Assembly: GCF_032062105.1 (NCBI RefSeq)
Contig: NW_026918737.1
Location: 62,001 to 126,000 of the forward strand
DNA length: 64,000 bases
Reading direction: 5' to 3'
Source of the DNA: Saccostrea cucullata
Taxonomy: Eukaryota
In this document: positions 22,254-34,944 of the stretch, piece after piece
How positions within the stretch are numbered: the first letter of the stretch is position 1
How the letters are laid out: each line of letters opens with the position of its first letter
Position numbers and translations under genes: made by a program
The notes under the pieces: generated by a model
Seen by the model: only the letters and a program-made list of their open reading frames with translations
Databases searched by the model: none
Told to the model about the DNA's origin: nothing

Positions 22254-24089
22254 ATTCCAGTACAATATTCAAGAAGTCGCCATATTTGTAATATGTAAAA
22301 TAATCCCTTTATTCTCAAAATACTGATTTAATACTATTGGGTTTTTTTTACGATGATACACAATAATTGCATTTGTGACATACTTTTTTTTCACGTAATA
22401 ATCGTGATGCCTAACGAATTATGTGTTTCTATTAAAGTTTCTGCTGACAAATGTTTGCATAAAACTAAAAGAAATACATGTATATGCACGTAGGAAATAT
22501 ATTATCGTTTTACAACGACAAACAGCATTTTTGTGAATGGATCTAGAGATTTTCATGTACACGTAAATATATTATTCAAAGACTCTAATTGCTCATGCAT
22601 GACACACTTCCAATGTGAAGGTGAAACTTGTTGAGCAGTCAATATTAAGCTTTTATGTCTCATGAAATTAACGTCCTCTCAATTCTCCTGATACCAGAAT
22701 TAATTCCCGAGTACTGACATGGTTTAACAATATTTACCCATAACAAGAAATATTGACGTCATCAAACGGGATTATATTTATTTTCTCTTTTACCTCGAGA
22801 ATTTCTAATTATCACAATCATCTTGGGCCTTAACTTAACTTAGATGCATTTGTGTGCAATATATTTTGTTCTGTAATTATCACAAGTTTCATAATTTTGG
22901 TTCAGATGAAAAGGTAATTTTGCAAAGACTAAACAATATCGTCTACATGTATCACGAAACATTCCAAATAATGGACCATTTCACTTTAATCAATGTAAAA
23001 GCGTTCTTTGCTCATTCCTAACAATTAAAATGTTTCGATGATAAAATTTCTGTAATATAAATAACAAATCATTAAATATTAAAATCATAAAGTTGATATC
23101 TGATCATATTTATCCATTCCTTGGCACCCCAAGAAAGCAGGTATAGGCATATAATTCTTATATCAATGGAATTTCAGGATTTCTGTTTGGACACAGGATT
23201 AGACTTAAAACAAAAACATTTATGCTTACCTTATATGTCGTGCTTTCCGAAAAAAAGAAGGCATAAATTTATTTCTCATTAATTCTGAAACCTGTGCATA
23301 TCAACAGGATACTCCAACACTTATTATTCAAAATATGGATGGGCGACTGTCAAAGATGTTCGGGGAACCAGGTTTTTGTGCAAAAAATGTATCCCATTTG
23401 GACTCACACTAAAAAAACCTTGAGGCTCTCCAAATCATATTCAAAACATACAAGATCTAGTGCTTAAGGGGTAAAAGTTTATGAACCATTTTTTCTAGAA
23501 GAAGAAAACTTTTTTACTCCAATGAGACACCTAGGATTGAAATGAAAATTCTGCAGAAACCTTATTTTACAAGGAATAACGTTACAAAATATAAATGGGC
23601 TACTGCAAAAAATGCCACAGGGGTTAAGGGAACAAGAATAAGAGCTAATTTCCAGGATGGATTTGAAAATTCCAAAATCTTTTTCGTTTCCTCAATAAAT
23701 TTACTTTGAGAAGAATTTAATTAAATTAAAAAAAAATCCATAAATTTAAGAAGAGTACTTTTACGCAGTATATTTACGACAATGATTTTTATTTTATTAT
23801 GATATTGTTATTTTATAATCTAAGGAGATCTTCAGAGTGCCTTCAGTGCACATTCATATAAAGTAGCTTTTAAGAAGGGAGGGTATTTTGCTCTTCAAAA
23901 TTCAGATACAAACAAAGTATACGACTTTTAATATAAACAAAACATTTAGTTTTAATGTGTAAGTGAACGTGTGAGTTGTTATAAATCCATCAAAACTAAT
24001 AAATGGATATAAAGAGTACGAACATTTTATTTTAAGGTTGTGTACATTGACATCTTTTTCGAAAATACAGATGAATAAACATGGCAAAA

Positions 24090-25193
24090 CTACATTGAAA
24101 AATATTCTTTTTTATGAAATACACCTATACAACTGTTAGAGAATATTGCTGAATTTGTTGAAGATGTAGAAAAGTTCGATTCTTTGACCGTATAAATATT
24201 GCTTTTTCTAATTTTAACTGAGGACCAATAATTTTTATTATCATTACAAAGTTCTTGAATGAAGACTTTAACTTGTGGGGAGACAAAGAAATAAATGAAT
24301 GGGTTTAAAGAGTAGTGAATCATCCACAAAACATATATTCCATATTGCACGTAAAACATTACTTTGGTTACTTGAAACGACTTTTCAAGAATGTTGTTTC
24401 CTAAAGCTGCGAGTTGGTACACTAAATCAGCTGCACATGTTACAATGTAAGCAATTAGGATCAACAAGAACACCATTGACATTTGAGAGCTTAGTTGAGA
24501 TCTTCTCATAGCTTTCGATCTCTTGACAATACGGATTTTTAGGCAATGGAAGATGAGTATGAAAATTGGTGGAATGCAAAAAAGATAAATTGAAAGGGTA
24601 AAAAATGTAAATAGTATTGTTTTCTGGTCAAAATGACCGCTTTCAGATAGATACACAAAAGTCATAACACCTGAAGCAAAACAAACACTAAAGAGCCATA
24701 TTGCACATGATGCCATCATTATGTTCTTTGGTCTCAAATTGGCGTGACACCATAACGGTTTGGCAATCATCAGACATCGCACTCCTGCCAAGAAAACCAT
24801 ATGTGCTGCACTTGCATGTTCGCCTGCCATTCCTATCCCCCTGACAACTGCTCTTAGGGTGTAGGATCGTAGGAAGAATTCATCCTGCAGCCGATAAACA
24901 AAACAGTAACCGAAAACGAGGCTGATGATGTCAGGTGGTGCCAGGGAGGCTACTACGGTATAGGTAACGGTATGCATCTTTTTGCTCCAAATAATGGTGA
25001 AAAATGTCACAATGTTACCACAGACACCAATGATTGTTAGAAGTGCACAAAGAACTTCCATTCCAGCTTTATACCGGTCGTCCACAAACTGGTCTTGGAC
25101 ATCTGCGGATTGGGAAGAAGAGTAACTGACATTTCTGGTACTCATTGTTGAGCTTCGCAAAATTCCACCCAAATCAATAGGTGCATTTTCCAT
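24090..25193 (-). CDS. Divergent rhodopsin-family orphan GPCR 3, ~367 aa, intronless CDS
   Basis: Seven TM segments; TM1 GN, TM2 LAPPD, TM3 VRC in place of DRY, TM7 NPFIY. ATG at 25193 follows a 5'-UTR intron 25205-25294 (gtaagt...ttccag); TATA-like motif on the minus strand near 25459-25466. Confidence 0.85.
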   Translation of the reverse strand: MENAPIDLGGILRSSTMSTRNVSYSSSQSADVQDQFVDDRYKAGMEVLCALLTIIGVCGNIVTFFTIIWSKKMHTVTYTVVASLAPPDIISLVFGYCFVYRLQDEFFLRSYTLRAVVRGIGMAGEHASAAHMVFLAGVRCLMIAKPLWCHANLRPKNIMMASCAIWLFSVCFASGVMTFVYLSESGHFDQKTILFTFFTLSIYLFCIPPIFILIFHCLKIRIVKRSKAMRRSQLSSQMSMVFLLILIAYIVTCAADLVYQLAALGNNILEKSFQVTKVMFYVQYGIYVLWMIHYSLNPFIYFFVSPQVKVFIQELCNDNKNYWSSVKIRKSNIYTVKESNFSTSSTNSAIFSNSCIGVFHKKEYFSM

Positions 25194-27699
25194 TTTTTTT
25201 CTCTCTGGAATACAAAAAATAAAATTCATAAAATTATTAACTTAATACTTCTAGTGAAAACCACAATTCAAAAAATTATTATCGTAATACTTACAATGAA
25301 CACCAATCTTCTCTCAGATATGATCTATTAAAATCCTCAACACTTTATGTAGACAACTCCATATCGACATAATTTCTCATTTAAATTAACACACTTGGCG
25401 TCATTATATCAATTATTAACAGAAATCAATTAAAACGTGATTTTAGACCTCATCATCCTTTATATAATCTGGTTTTGACTCAGATTTTCTCCAAGCGCGA
25501 CATTCCTGGCACATATAATGACTATAAAAATAATTACGAGGGGTGATCAAAAAGTTCGCGAACTAATTGAAAAACTTCCATAAAAGAAACAATATTTGAT
25601 TTCAGTGTTGATTATATTTTGAATTAGTCCTCTCCAATTTTAATGAACATCAGCCACCGTTCTGCGCATGCGCGAATCACGTGATATTGGCGGTCATGTG
25701 ACCCCCTCCGTAGCGTTCTGTCACAAAAGCTGAAAGATTTTTTGGGGTTTTATATTTTTTTCCATTTAAGTGAATTTTTATAACAAGAACAGTACATTTG
25801 TCAGAAATGGTCAAATCTCGGCAACAGAATGGGTGGATAAGAATATTCTTTCCAAAAAAAAAAAGCATAGGGACCATTAAACACAAATCTTCTGTCTCGG
25901 GAGAGACGTTTATTCAAGGTGGATAGAGAATACGTGCCTCCTTTTTAAGTACCAGTCCACATAAAAATCAGACAAAACTGTAAAAAAGTGATACATGAAG
26001 GTTTTCAGAATTTGATGATTTTCCACTCATAGATTTATTTTGAAGTATGAACAATGTATGTAAAATGAAAAATGTTTTGAGTCATGGTAACCATGGAAAC
26101 CCAGCCAAAGAAATTTCCTTAGCAACCGGCGGATTTTTCAGTGTTGAAGGACAAAAAATCACCTATCTTTGAGGCTTCAAATAACACGCAAATACCACGA
26201 GAATTATTCTTACTTATGGGTGTAATAAAGATACACATTTATTGTGTTCTAATAATGTAATAAAAAATATTTAGGTCCTAAGTCAGTTCTGTGGTAGACA
26301 TAGGAAGGTACACATGTTTTACAAGTTTTGCTGATTCAGCATTTTTCGTGATTTTGGCAATATTCAAGGCCAAATTTTTAAAATGGCCAGATTAATACAG
26401 TTGTTGCATGCATCTCACATTAAAGCAGAGGTATTTCTCTTTTAGAATTTGAAATCAAATCCATGGGCTCTTTTGAAAATCGAATCTGTTGATAGCAACA
26501 AAAATGGGCTTTTTGATGCATAAAATGAGAAACAATGTAAAAAGTTTACGGAAAAAATCAAATGAGCGGTTATTTATGATAAACGAGATACAAATTTTAA
26601 AATGGTATAATTAAATTCGGTCTCCCTAGCACATCATTGAATATTGCAGAATTCTTTATCTCCATAGCAACGACAGGTTCTCCATAGCAACAAGGCAAAG
26701 AAAGGTAATTTTGGCGTGTATTCGTGTAATCTTATTAAGGCTTATTCAAATTAAGTCAGAAAAATGTGATTGAGCAAAACTGACTTTTGTTCAATCTTAA
26801 TTTTTTTCCGTCTTTAATCAACACATGGCAACGATTCCCAGTGCATGGCAACCAATGTACCCTATGTCTCCTGTAAAGAGATTTGACTTTTGGGTCAGTG
26901 TTGGTCATGGAAATGAATATGAAATTAATGTGTTGATGATTGTATTTGTGGAGAGTGCTGAAAAAATATATGAAATGTTCCATCAATTGTTGTCATGGTA
27001 ACAACTACATGTGAGTGAATTTAAAATGGGGTGAGTTTAAAAAACACAGTATAAATTCTTATTTAAACAGAACTGTGACTGGGCTAATTTAAAACGGGGC
27101 AAAATTCCTTGTATGTGTGAACGGGCAAAAATCATATGATACCAAATTAAGGATGTTTTCCATAGATAATGTTTTAATGTAACTTGTACGATATTGTGTA
27201 TTAGATTCAAGACACTCGCGGTGCATGGTTTCAATGGCTGCATTTTATTTCCGGAACTGTTTTCATTTCAGATATTTTAAAGTTTTCATCTCTGACATTT
27301 TCCAAGCAGTACTTTTCTGCATTGAAAGGAGCTAGGATTTAAGACTTAACCCATGAAAAATATTACAGGATAAATCATGAATAAATCATTGAAATCCAAA
27401 ATAATGAGTTTTTCAATTGACTTTGGGTTATGTTTTTAAGCAAAGGCCATGACATGGGGGGGGGGGGGTAGGTTCGATATTCAGTACCAATTTTTTTCCA
27501 AACAGCACCACTTTGAATTCCTAATTTTAAACCTATTCTGCAACGTGTCTGTGGAAAGTGGGGGGGCTAAACCTACGCAGCAATGTTCAATGACTACACT
27601 AGGAAAAGGCTAATCCCCTGCCCCCCCCCCCCCTCCCGGTTCCGACGCCTATGTAGTTTGGTAACTTTATAACCATAGACAGAGTAGGGGAATAAAAAA

Positions 27700-28916
27700 T
27701 ATGCATTTCAACCACTCTAAGTAATATTCAGCATTACTCAATAGTTCCCCACCCAACAAGAACCCCTGACCCTCAGGTCCACACATTTCACAATTCTTGC
27801 TCATCATAAATGTTTGATTAACTTCATGGAGTGGATTTTAAAGAAATAATTCATTCTTAGTATATAGTCAAGGACACTCCCCCAAACCCCAGCCCTCTAT
27901 GATACCCCTCTTCCGGGGGGGGGGGGGGGGGCTTGGAATTCACAATTCTGGAAGAACGATCATAGCTATAATTATCATAACTATATGTCTGTAGTCAGTT
28001 TGTTAAATACCTGGGAGCAAAGAAGAAGATTAATAATGAAAGATTCATTGCAATTTCACCATTTGATGATTAGAGCCACACCCTAAGTAACACCAGAAAT
28101 CCTGGACCTTGCGCCATGAAATTCACAACCTGATCCTTTGGCCATGAAATTGACAATTTTCAAAGAGGTACTCTTCCTCATTGTAACTACGCATGTAGTT
28201 AGTTGTTTAATACCCAGGGACAGAGAAGAAGATTTTTCATTTTAAAAATGCATGTTTACTATATAATCAAAAGAGCCCTGCATCTTAACACCAGAACTCC
28301 TGACCCTGGGCCATGAAGTTCACTATTTTAGATGAGGCACCCTTTCTCATCATAACTATGTATTTTTCAAAGAATTAATGCATGTTAACTATATAATCAT
28401 TCAAGCCCCGTCCTAACACCAGAAATTCACTACTGTAGAACAGGAATTCTTTCTCATCGTAACTATGTACTTAATTAATTTTACCCAGGAGCAGAGAAGA
28501 AGATTTTCAAAGAAATAATGTATTTTCACTATATAATCTATTTAGCCCAGCCCTAGCATATAGAACCCCTGACCCTGGGGCAAAGAATTTTACTATTTTG
28601 GTACAGTGTAGAGGACTCAATGCTTAAAACAATCATTCAAACAGTTTCACTGCTTGATGTCTAGAAGTAAAGAAGATTTTTAAAGACTGCATTAATCTAA
28701 GTGGTTTTGGTCCCACCCTCAGGCCCCAGGGACCCTGAAATTCACAATTTTGTGTTCCTCTTTTACCCAGAGATGGGTTTTTCAAATTTGGTTGAAATTG
28801 GTTCAGTGGTTCCAGAGAAGAAGCTAAAAATGTTCAAATGTTTACGACCGCCGAATGACGTACGACGATGAACGAACAGAGATAGCAATAGGTCATCTGA
28901 AAGACTCAGGTGACCT
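27700..28916 (+). mobile_element. Helentron/Pearl-like non-autonomous element with internal ~160-170-bp tandem repeats
   Basis: Diverged tandem units (acccctgacc..catgaaattcacaattt..agagaagaagattttcaaagaa), GACG-rich microsatellite-like stretch, and 3' end aggtcatctgaaagactcaggtgacct. Left boundary approximate. Confidence 0.65.
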
Positions 28917-29614
28917 GAAATTCTCAGAGGCACATCTCCCTTTTAAAGTGTAGTTTTAAGTTTGAACTCAGATATGCAAGGATGGAAATTGAAAGGCATA
29001 CAGAAACCACTTCTGGTAAATACAGACCCTTAGTAAGCAATATCGGAAGGGGGGGGGGGGTTTGGGGTGGGGTGGGGGTTACAACCATATATTTTCAGTT
29101 TGGTCACTATCAACAACCGAAAATTCCTTGGCAAACAAACCAAAAAATAGAAGATCGTCAGAATTAAAAGAAGAGCACAGAATTAATTAGGTGTACTTTT
29201 TGAAAATATATGCATTTTTATGAAGAATTTTTCTCAATTAATATTTTTCCAGGTATTTTTTTTTTTAATCAAGTGATACTTTCTGTCTGTTAATCAATGA
29301 AAAATTTATAAACTGCAAAAGTTTTAACTTTATACCCCACATAGTTTTGGTGCTATTGTAAAAATACATTTTTGGACATGTTGACCTTTGACAAAACCTA
29401 AACCCTGGTAATGTGTATCTAGCATATATTGTGTTCATTTGAGATAATTTCCATTTTTCAAACGATAAGATATTTATAAGCTTGTATCTTTAACTTGTTG
29501 GGAAGCTGACGCTTATTCAGTTCACAAGGAATCTGTAGCTATGGAACTTCAAACGCTATTACCCAGAGAACAGGCCCATAGCAACACGTATCAAAGTAGT
29601 GGGAGCAACCTCCA

Positions 29615-30348
29615 ACATCGCTCACCTGAGCACATGGGCTAGGTAAAAACAAATCAGCTCAACACTCAAAAGTTTACTTGGGGAAGGGAGGGGGATGGAC
29701 TTGAATTTTATACTTCTTGCCACCATATCAATATAAATTAATGGTATTAATGTAAAAACTTTGGGCCAGGAAAGATGAAACTTATGTAGAAGCATCCTCA
29801 GGTAGTGTACATTCAAGTCCCCCGGTGGTAGGGTGGGGTCACAATGGGCGACCAACGTTTTACTTAAGAATATACATGTATAGGAAAAATCTTCTTTTTA
29901 ATAACAGCAAAGCCATGATTGGTTATGTTTATATGGAAGCATCCTCAGGTAGTGTAGATTCAAGTTTGTTCAAAGCATGACCCCCGGGGGTACAGCCACA
30001 ATGGATGATCAAAGTTTTACATAGGAATATATAGGGAAAATATATAAAAATCTTGATTGGTCTTGTTCAAATGTTAGCATCCTAGGGTAGTTTAGATAAA
30101 GATTTGTTAAAATCATGACCCCCAGGATTGGACCACAAAAGTACATAACTTATTTGGAATAAAGCCACAGTTAGTCAAAAAAAATGTAAGCACCCTTAGT
30201 TAGTGTAGATTCAAGTATGCATAGATTCAAGTTTGTTCAAATCACCCCCCCCCCCTCTTTTAGGATCGGGACCACTTAGGCATTTACTGAATTGATTTTT
30301 CCTAGCCACAGTGCTCAGGTGAGCGATGTGGCCCAGGGGCCCCGTGTT
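29615..30348 (-). mobile_element. Helentron/Pearl-like fragment with satellite units, bounded by two inverted 5'-end motifs
   Basis: Tandem units agcatcctcaggtagtgtagattcaagtttgttcaaa; 5'-end motif ACATCGCTCACCTGAGCAC on plus at ~29615 and on minus at ~30311-30329. Confidence 0.6.
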
Positions 30349-30680
30349 ACATGGATGAATTCGATGTCAATTGTTTTGTTTATGTTGCATAATATTTCCA
30401 TTTTAAGATATGAACTAACCGAATACATGAAGATGACCCTCTGACCATTGTTTGCATATTTTTTGAAATATGTTTGCACTACATTAATGCAAATCTCACC
30501 AAACAACATACAAAAATAAAGTTTCTACTTGTGTGAGTAGCCATGTTTTAAATTCATTTGTATTTGATCTAGCTCTGGACATCTTGCAATATTTCTTTCA
30601 AATGGTGTAAACTTCAGTTTTACGTAAATAACCGTAACTGACTGCGATGCGACTTTTCTTATTTTGATTTATTTTAATGT

Positions 30681-30773
30681 GCCGCGTGGCCCTCATGAAG
30701 CAGTGGTTAGATTCTCTAGAGTCACGAAGTAGGAAATGTCGTGGGTTCGAATCCCACTGTAGGACGCAGTAGG
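30681..30773 (+). mobile_element. SINE 5' fragment (tRNA-like head)
   Basis: AGTGGTTAG A-box-like motif, CTCTAGAGTC, B-box GGTTCGAATCC; resembles the heads of the SINEs at 15115 and 34674. Confidence 0.55.
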
Positions 30774-33700
30774 TGCTACCTTTGAGCAACCGCGAACGGT
30801 TCTTTTCGTTTGGAAAAAAATCTCTCCAATCTACGACAAGTATCAATAGAATAATTAAAACCTGATCTTCCTAATCAGTTGGAAATATCATTGGAAATGT
30901 TTCCATTGTGACGTTAATCATTTTATTTATCTATTTATTTTCATGAGTAATTAATTCATACATTGTAATACTTTCTGAGAAATCTGTTACAAGTGCCTAA
31001 TCTGTCAATATTATGAATAACGACTACAGAGTATCCCATACTGAAAATGTAACATTGTTTGCTGAGTAATGAGCTAGAAATAGTTGTTATGGATTAAATG
31101 AGTTTAAAAATACCTTCGAAAAACAAACATTTCAACATCATTTTTTTTCTTCATGGCGTGATTTAGATAAAGATTTACAGGTAACATGAATATGCTTTGT
31201 GTCGTTGCTAGGGGAGTGGTGTTGTTGCTATGGAAATAAGTCATTGAACAATATTCAATAACTTGATACAACATTTTAAAGTCATTCCGAACTATCACCA
31301 TGCAATTATCAGCATATTACTTGAATATCCAATTACATGACAAACAATACAATCCCAAAGTCAAATCTGTTTTACAGGAGACATAGGAACTTTGGTTGTC
31401 ATGTACACGAAATCCTTGCCATATGGGTTGATTAAATACCAAAAAAATAACAATAATAAAACCAACATTTCATTGTCAATTTTGCTCAACCGGAATTTTC
31501 TGACATTTTTAATAAGTCTTAATAAGATTACACGAATACATGCCAAAATTACCTTTCTTTGCCCTGTTGCTATGGAGAATCTGTCGTTGCTATGGAGATA
31601 AAGAATTCTGCAATATTCAATAATGTGCTAGGGAGACCGAATTTAATTATACTATTTTAAAATTTGTATCTCGTTTATCATAAATAACGGTTCATTTGAT
31701 TTTTCCGTAAACTTTTTACATTGTTTACTCATTTTATGCATCAAAAAGGTCATTCTTTTTTGCTAGGCAACAGATTCGATTTTCAAAAGAACCCATGGAT
31801 TTGACTTCAAATTCTAAAATTCTAAAAGAGAAATACCTCTGTTTTTATGTGAGATACATGCAACAACTGTATTAATCTGGCCATTTTTAAAATTTGGCCT
31901 TGAATATTGCCAAAATCACGAAAAATGCTGAATCAGCAAAACTTGTAAAACATGTGTACCTTCCAATGTCTACCACAGAATTGACTTAAGACCTGAATAT
32001 TTTTTATTACATTATTAGAACACAATAAATGTGTATCTTTTTTACACCCATAAGTAAGAATAATTCTCGTGGTATTTACGTGTTATTTGAAGCCTCAAAG
32101 ATAGGTGATTTTTTGTCCTTCAACACTGAAAAATCCGCCGGTTGCTAGGGAAATTTCTTTGGCCGGGTTTCCATGGTTACCAAGACTCAAAACATTTTTC
32201 ATTTTACATACATTGTTCATACTTCAAAATAAATCTATGAGCGGAAAATCATCAAATTCTGAGAACCCTCATATATCACCCTTTGTCTGATTTTTATGTG
32301 GACTGGTACTTAACATATCTACTATGTTTAAAATCTAAAGTAAACGATATCTTAGGTATTTAATAATTATATTATTGTTCAAATATTCAACTATTTTTCA
32401 AAGTGTTAATTGGACGTCTTTGAAAACAAATTGCTTAATTGCTTTCACTAAGCAACGGTATCATTTTTAACCATCTGGCTTCCTTTACTAAAGCGATCAA
32501 TCCAATCATTGATTGAATTTATAGGAAGTCATTTGTCTTAATCAACTGTGTACAAATTATTATATGCTACAGCTAATGGCTTTCTAAGATGTATAATAAA
32601 TCGTACAGTCATTTGTTTAACGAGTACGACTGAGACAACCATTTTTCGTCACAAGTGACCTACATAGTGACGTCATTTTCTTATTGTGACGTCACAAACA
32701 AGGAGCAAAACTTTATTCAGCATATGTTATTTATAGAACTTGTGTATGGTTATGTGTGTACCAAATTTTATTTCAATCTGAATTGTGGTTTTGTAGATAT
32801 AGAGATAGTTCGCGAACTTTTTGATCACCCCTCGTACATTTATATTTGTGACATAGATCTATGTTTATTGACTTTGTCAATAGCTCATCACATCAACTGA
32901 AACACTTTTTGCAATATATATTTTCTAATTGATTTGACAAAAAAGACATTTTTTAAAAAAGGAATAACAAATACTTGTATATAGTGTAGTATATACTGAT
33001 AGTAAATAAATAACATCATCAATCCTTCCAAAGGAATAATTTGAAGGCAAAATAAACGATGTAAAAATGTGAAATATTGAAGCCATTATGATAGCCCCAT
33101 CCACTCAAAAGTTATAAAGCAAGGTTTAAGTTTTTGCGGACAAACAGATAGACAGACAGACGTATAGGATAGAACAAAACTATATTCTAAAAAAAAAAAC
33201 AGTATATTTTAAAAGTGGAATTATGTTTTAATATCAGAAATTAGCAAGTTCTGAGAATTTCTATGATAAAGAAATCGTATCAGCCACAATTTTGTTATTT
33301 TCTGAAAGTAAAAAATAATCAATTAGATATATACAGTATATTGAAACCATTCATTGTTTTAACCAAAAATTGATTAATTTTACATGTAAGTTTTAGGACA
33401 AAACAAAATCAAACAAATAAATTTAGAAGTATTTGACTATACAATACCGTAACTACAAGTCAACCCAACGTAACCCAGAGTACATGTACATTTGAAGGTT
33501 CCAAGAGTATTAACACAAGTGCCATTATTTTCACATGGGTGTGCATTCACGCACTCATTCACATCTGAAATGGAGGAATTGTTATCAATTTTAATTTCAC
33601 ATTACTTACTGTTTTTTTTATTATCATTGTTATGGGGTGATGTAGATTATATTATTATTCACTTGTATCACTAAATTAATCAGAAATATGATGAATTCAT

Positions 33701-34330
33701 AAGTAGCATGACACTAATAATTGATTGGTGATTTTATTAATGCAATTCTGAATTTGCGATATCATAAATTGTGATGTGATATTGTCAAACAATTAAGTTT
33801 AATTACATACCCAAAGCAAATAAGTGCATTCAAATGAGAGTTATCCCTTACTAGTATTTTAAATGTGATGTGATCAGTTAAAAAATGATACCAAGTAAAA
33901 ATATGATATCATCTGAATGAATAAGTAATTAGGAAAAATCTTATTCGACTAATATGTTGAAATATACAATAACTTTCGTCCGTTTTATAAATATTCTTCG
34001 AAATCTTTAACTGTCGTTGGAGTTAATTTGCATGGAATAAATTCACCCACAAATTCATATCTCCCACAATATAATTGATTATGCGAAGTAATTTAAAACC
34101 TGTTCTTAATCACAATTTCAAAGTGTCTTTATTTTTGAACTGACTAATACGACTTGATTTATTTGGATAAAAACATTGGAGGAAAAACGTCGAATACGTG
34201 ATTTTTGATGAAGACACAAATTTCAGTTCAAAAAAAAATTAAATATACTGCATTGCCAAAAGAAGCATATTGACCCCCAATATTTGTTTTGATTTTTAAT
34301 TAATGTGTGTAAAAACTAAAAGTATACTTC

Positions 34331-34674
34331 ATTGATTGATTGTGTATTGCTAAACGTCCCTCTCGAGAATTTTTCACTCATATCAGAGACATATAAAACC
34401 ATGGTTTTATATGTCTCTGCTCATATGGAGACGCCACCACTTCCCAGCGGAGAGCGGCAAATTTTGAAATATACTCGGCACTCAGGGCCATTGAGTTGGG
34501 AGGGATCTTTTTCGTGCCAGCACCTACTGCGACACGGGACATTGATTTATATGGTCTCATCCGAAGGACCGGTCTCCACGTCCCACAGTGGTATTCGAGC
34601 CCGCAATGTAAGGATTGACTCCTAATTTTGCGACTCTAGAGCAGACGCTCTAACCACTACGCCAGGCTGGCGAC
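34331..34674 (-). mobile_element. Full-length tRNA-derived SINE with Deu/Nin-like core
   Basis: Minus strand: A-box TGGCGTAGTGG, B-box-like GGCTCGAATACC, core TCCTTCGGATGAGAC, (CAAT)n tail; carries a 36-bp palindromic insert. Confidence 0.85.
34384..34419. mobile_element. 36-bp perfect palindromic micro-insertion with 7-bp TSD
   Basis: CAGAGACATATAAAACCATGGTTTTATATGTCTCTG flanked by CTCATAT at 34377-34383 and 34420-34426; absent from the paralogous SINE at ~15348. Confidence 0.85.
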
Positions 34675-34944
34675 AAAATATACATGACAAAAAAACTGAA
34701 GACTTTGAATACTAGGATCCAACCTTGTTAATTTGAAGTATATGTAATTGTTTTCCTTTTTTTGATCATTGATTATATTTCAAGTTATTTCAATTCATTA
34801 ATTTGATGGCTCATCAACGTTAATGTGACGTCATGATGATAAGTACCGGTAGAACAATACCTTCCTATAGCTAAAACATGTATCCTAAATAAACCACTAT
34901 TACATTTTCTGTGTTATACATGTTCACACACTAATCGATATATC

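Larger units (their letters stand above)
25949..32309. mobile_element. TTAA-flanked long-TIR non-autonomous DNA element (Sola3/Kolobok-like, unassigned)
   Basis: TTAA TSD at 25945-25948 and 32310-32313; termini GTACCAGTCCACATAAAAATCAGACAAA. Inverted arms ~25949-26780 and ~31470-32309 are very similar, with weaker similarity for a further ~250 bp inward. No transposase ORF. Confidence 0.85.
25537..32834. mobile_element. Non-autonomous mariner-type element (outer shell of a nested stack; ~0.93 kb without its insert)
   Basis: Perfect 29-bp TIRs CGAGGGGTGATCAAAAAGTTCGCGAACTA; TA TSD at 25535-25536 and 32835-32836. Confidence 0.9.

Noticed and set aside
30681-30773. tRNA gene (likewise the SINE heads at 15115 and 34674)
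   Set aside because: A/B boxes are present but there is no complete cloverleaf, and the sequence continues into SINE body.
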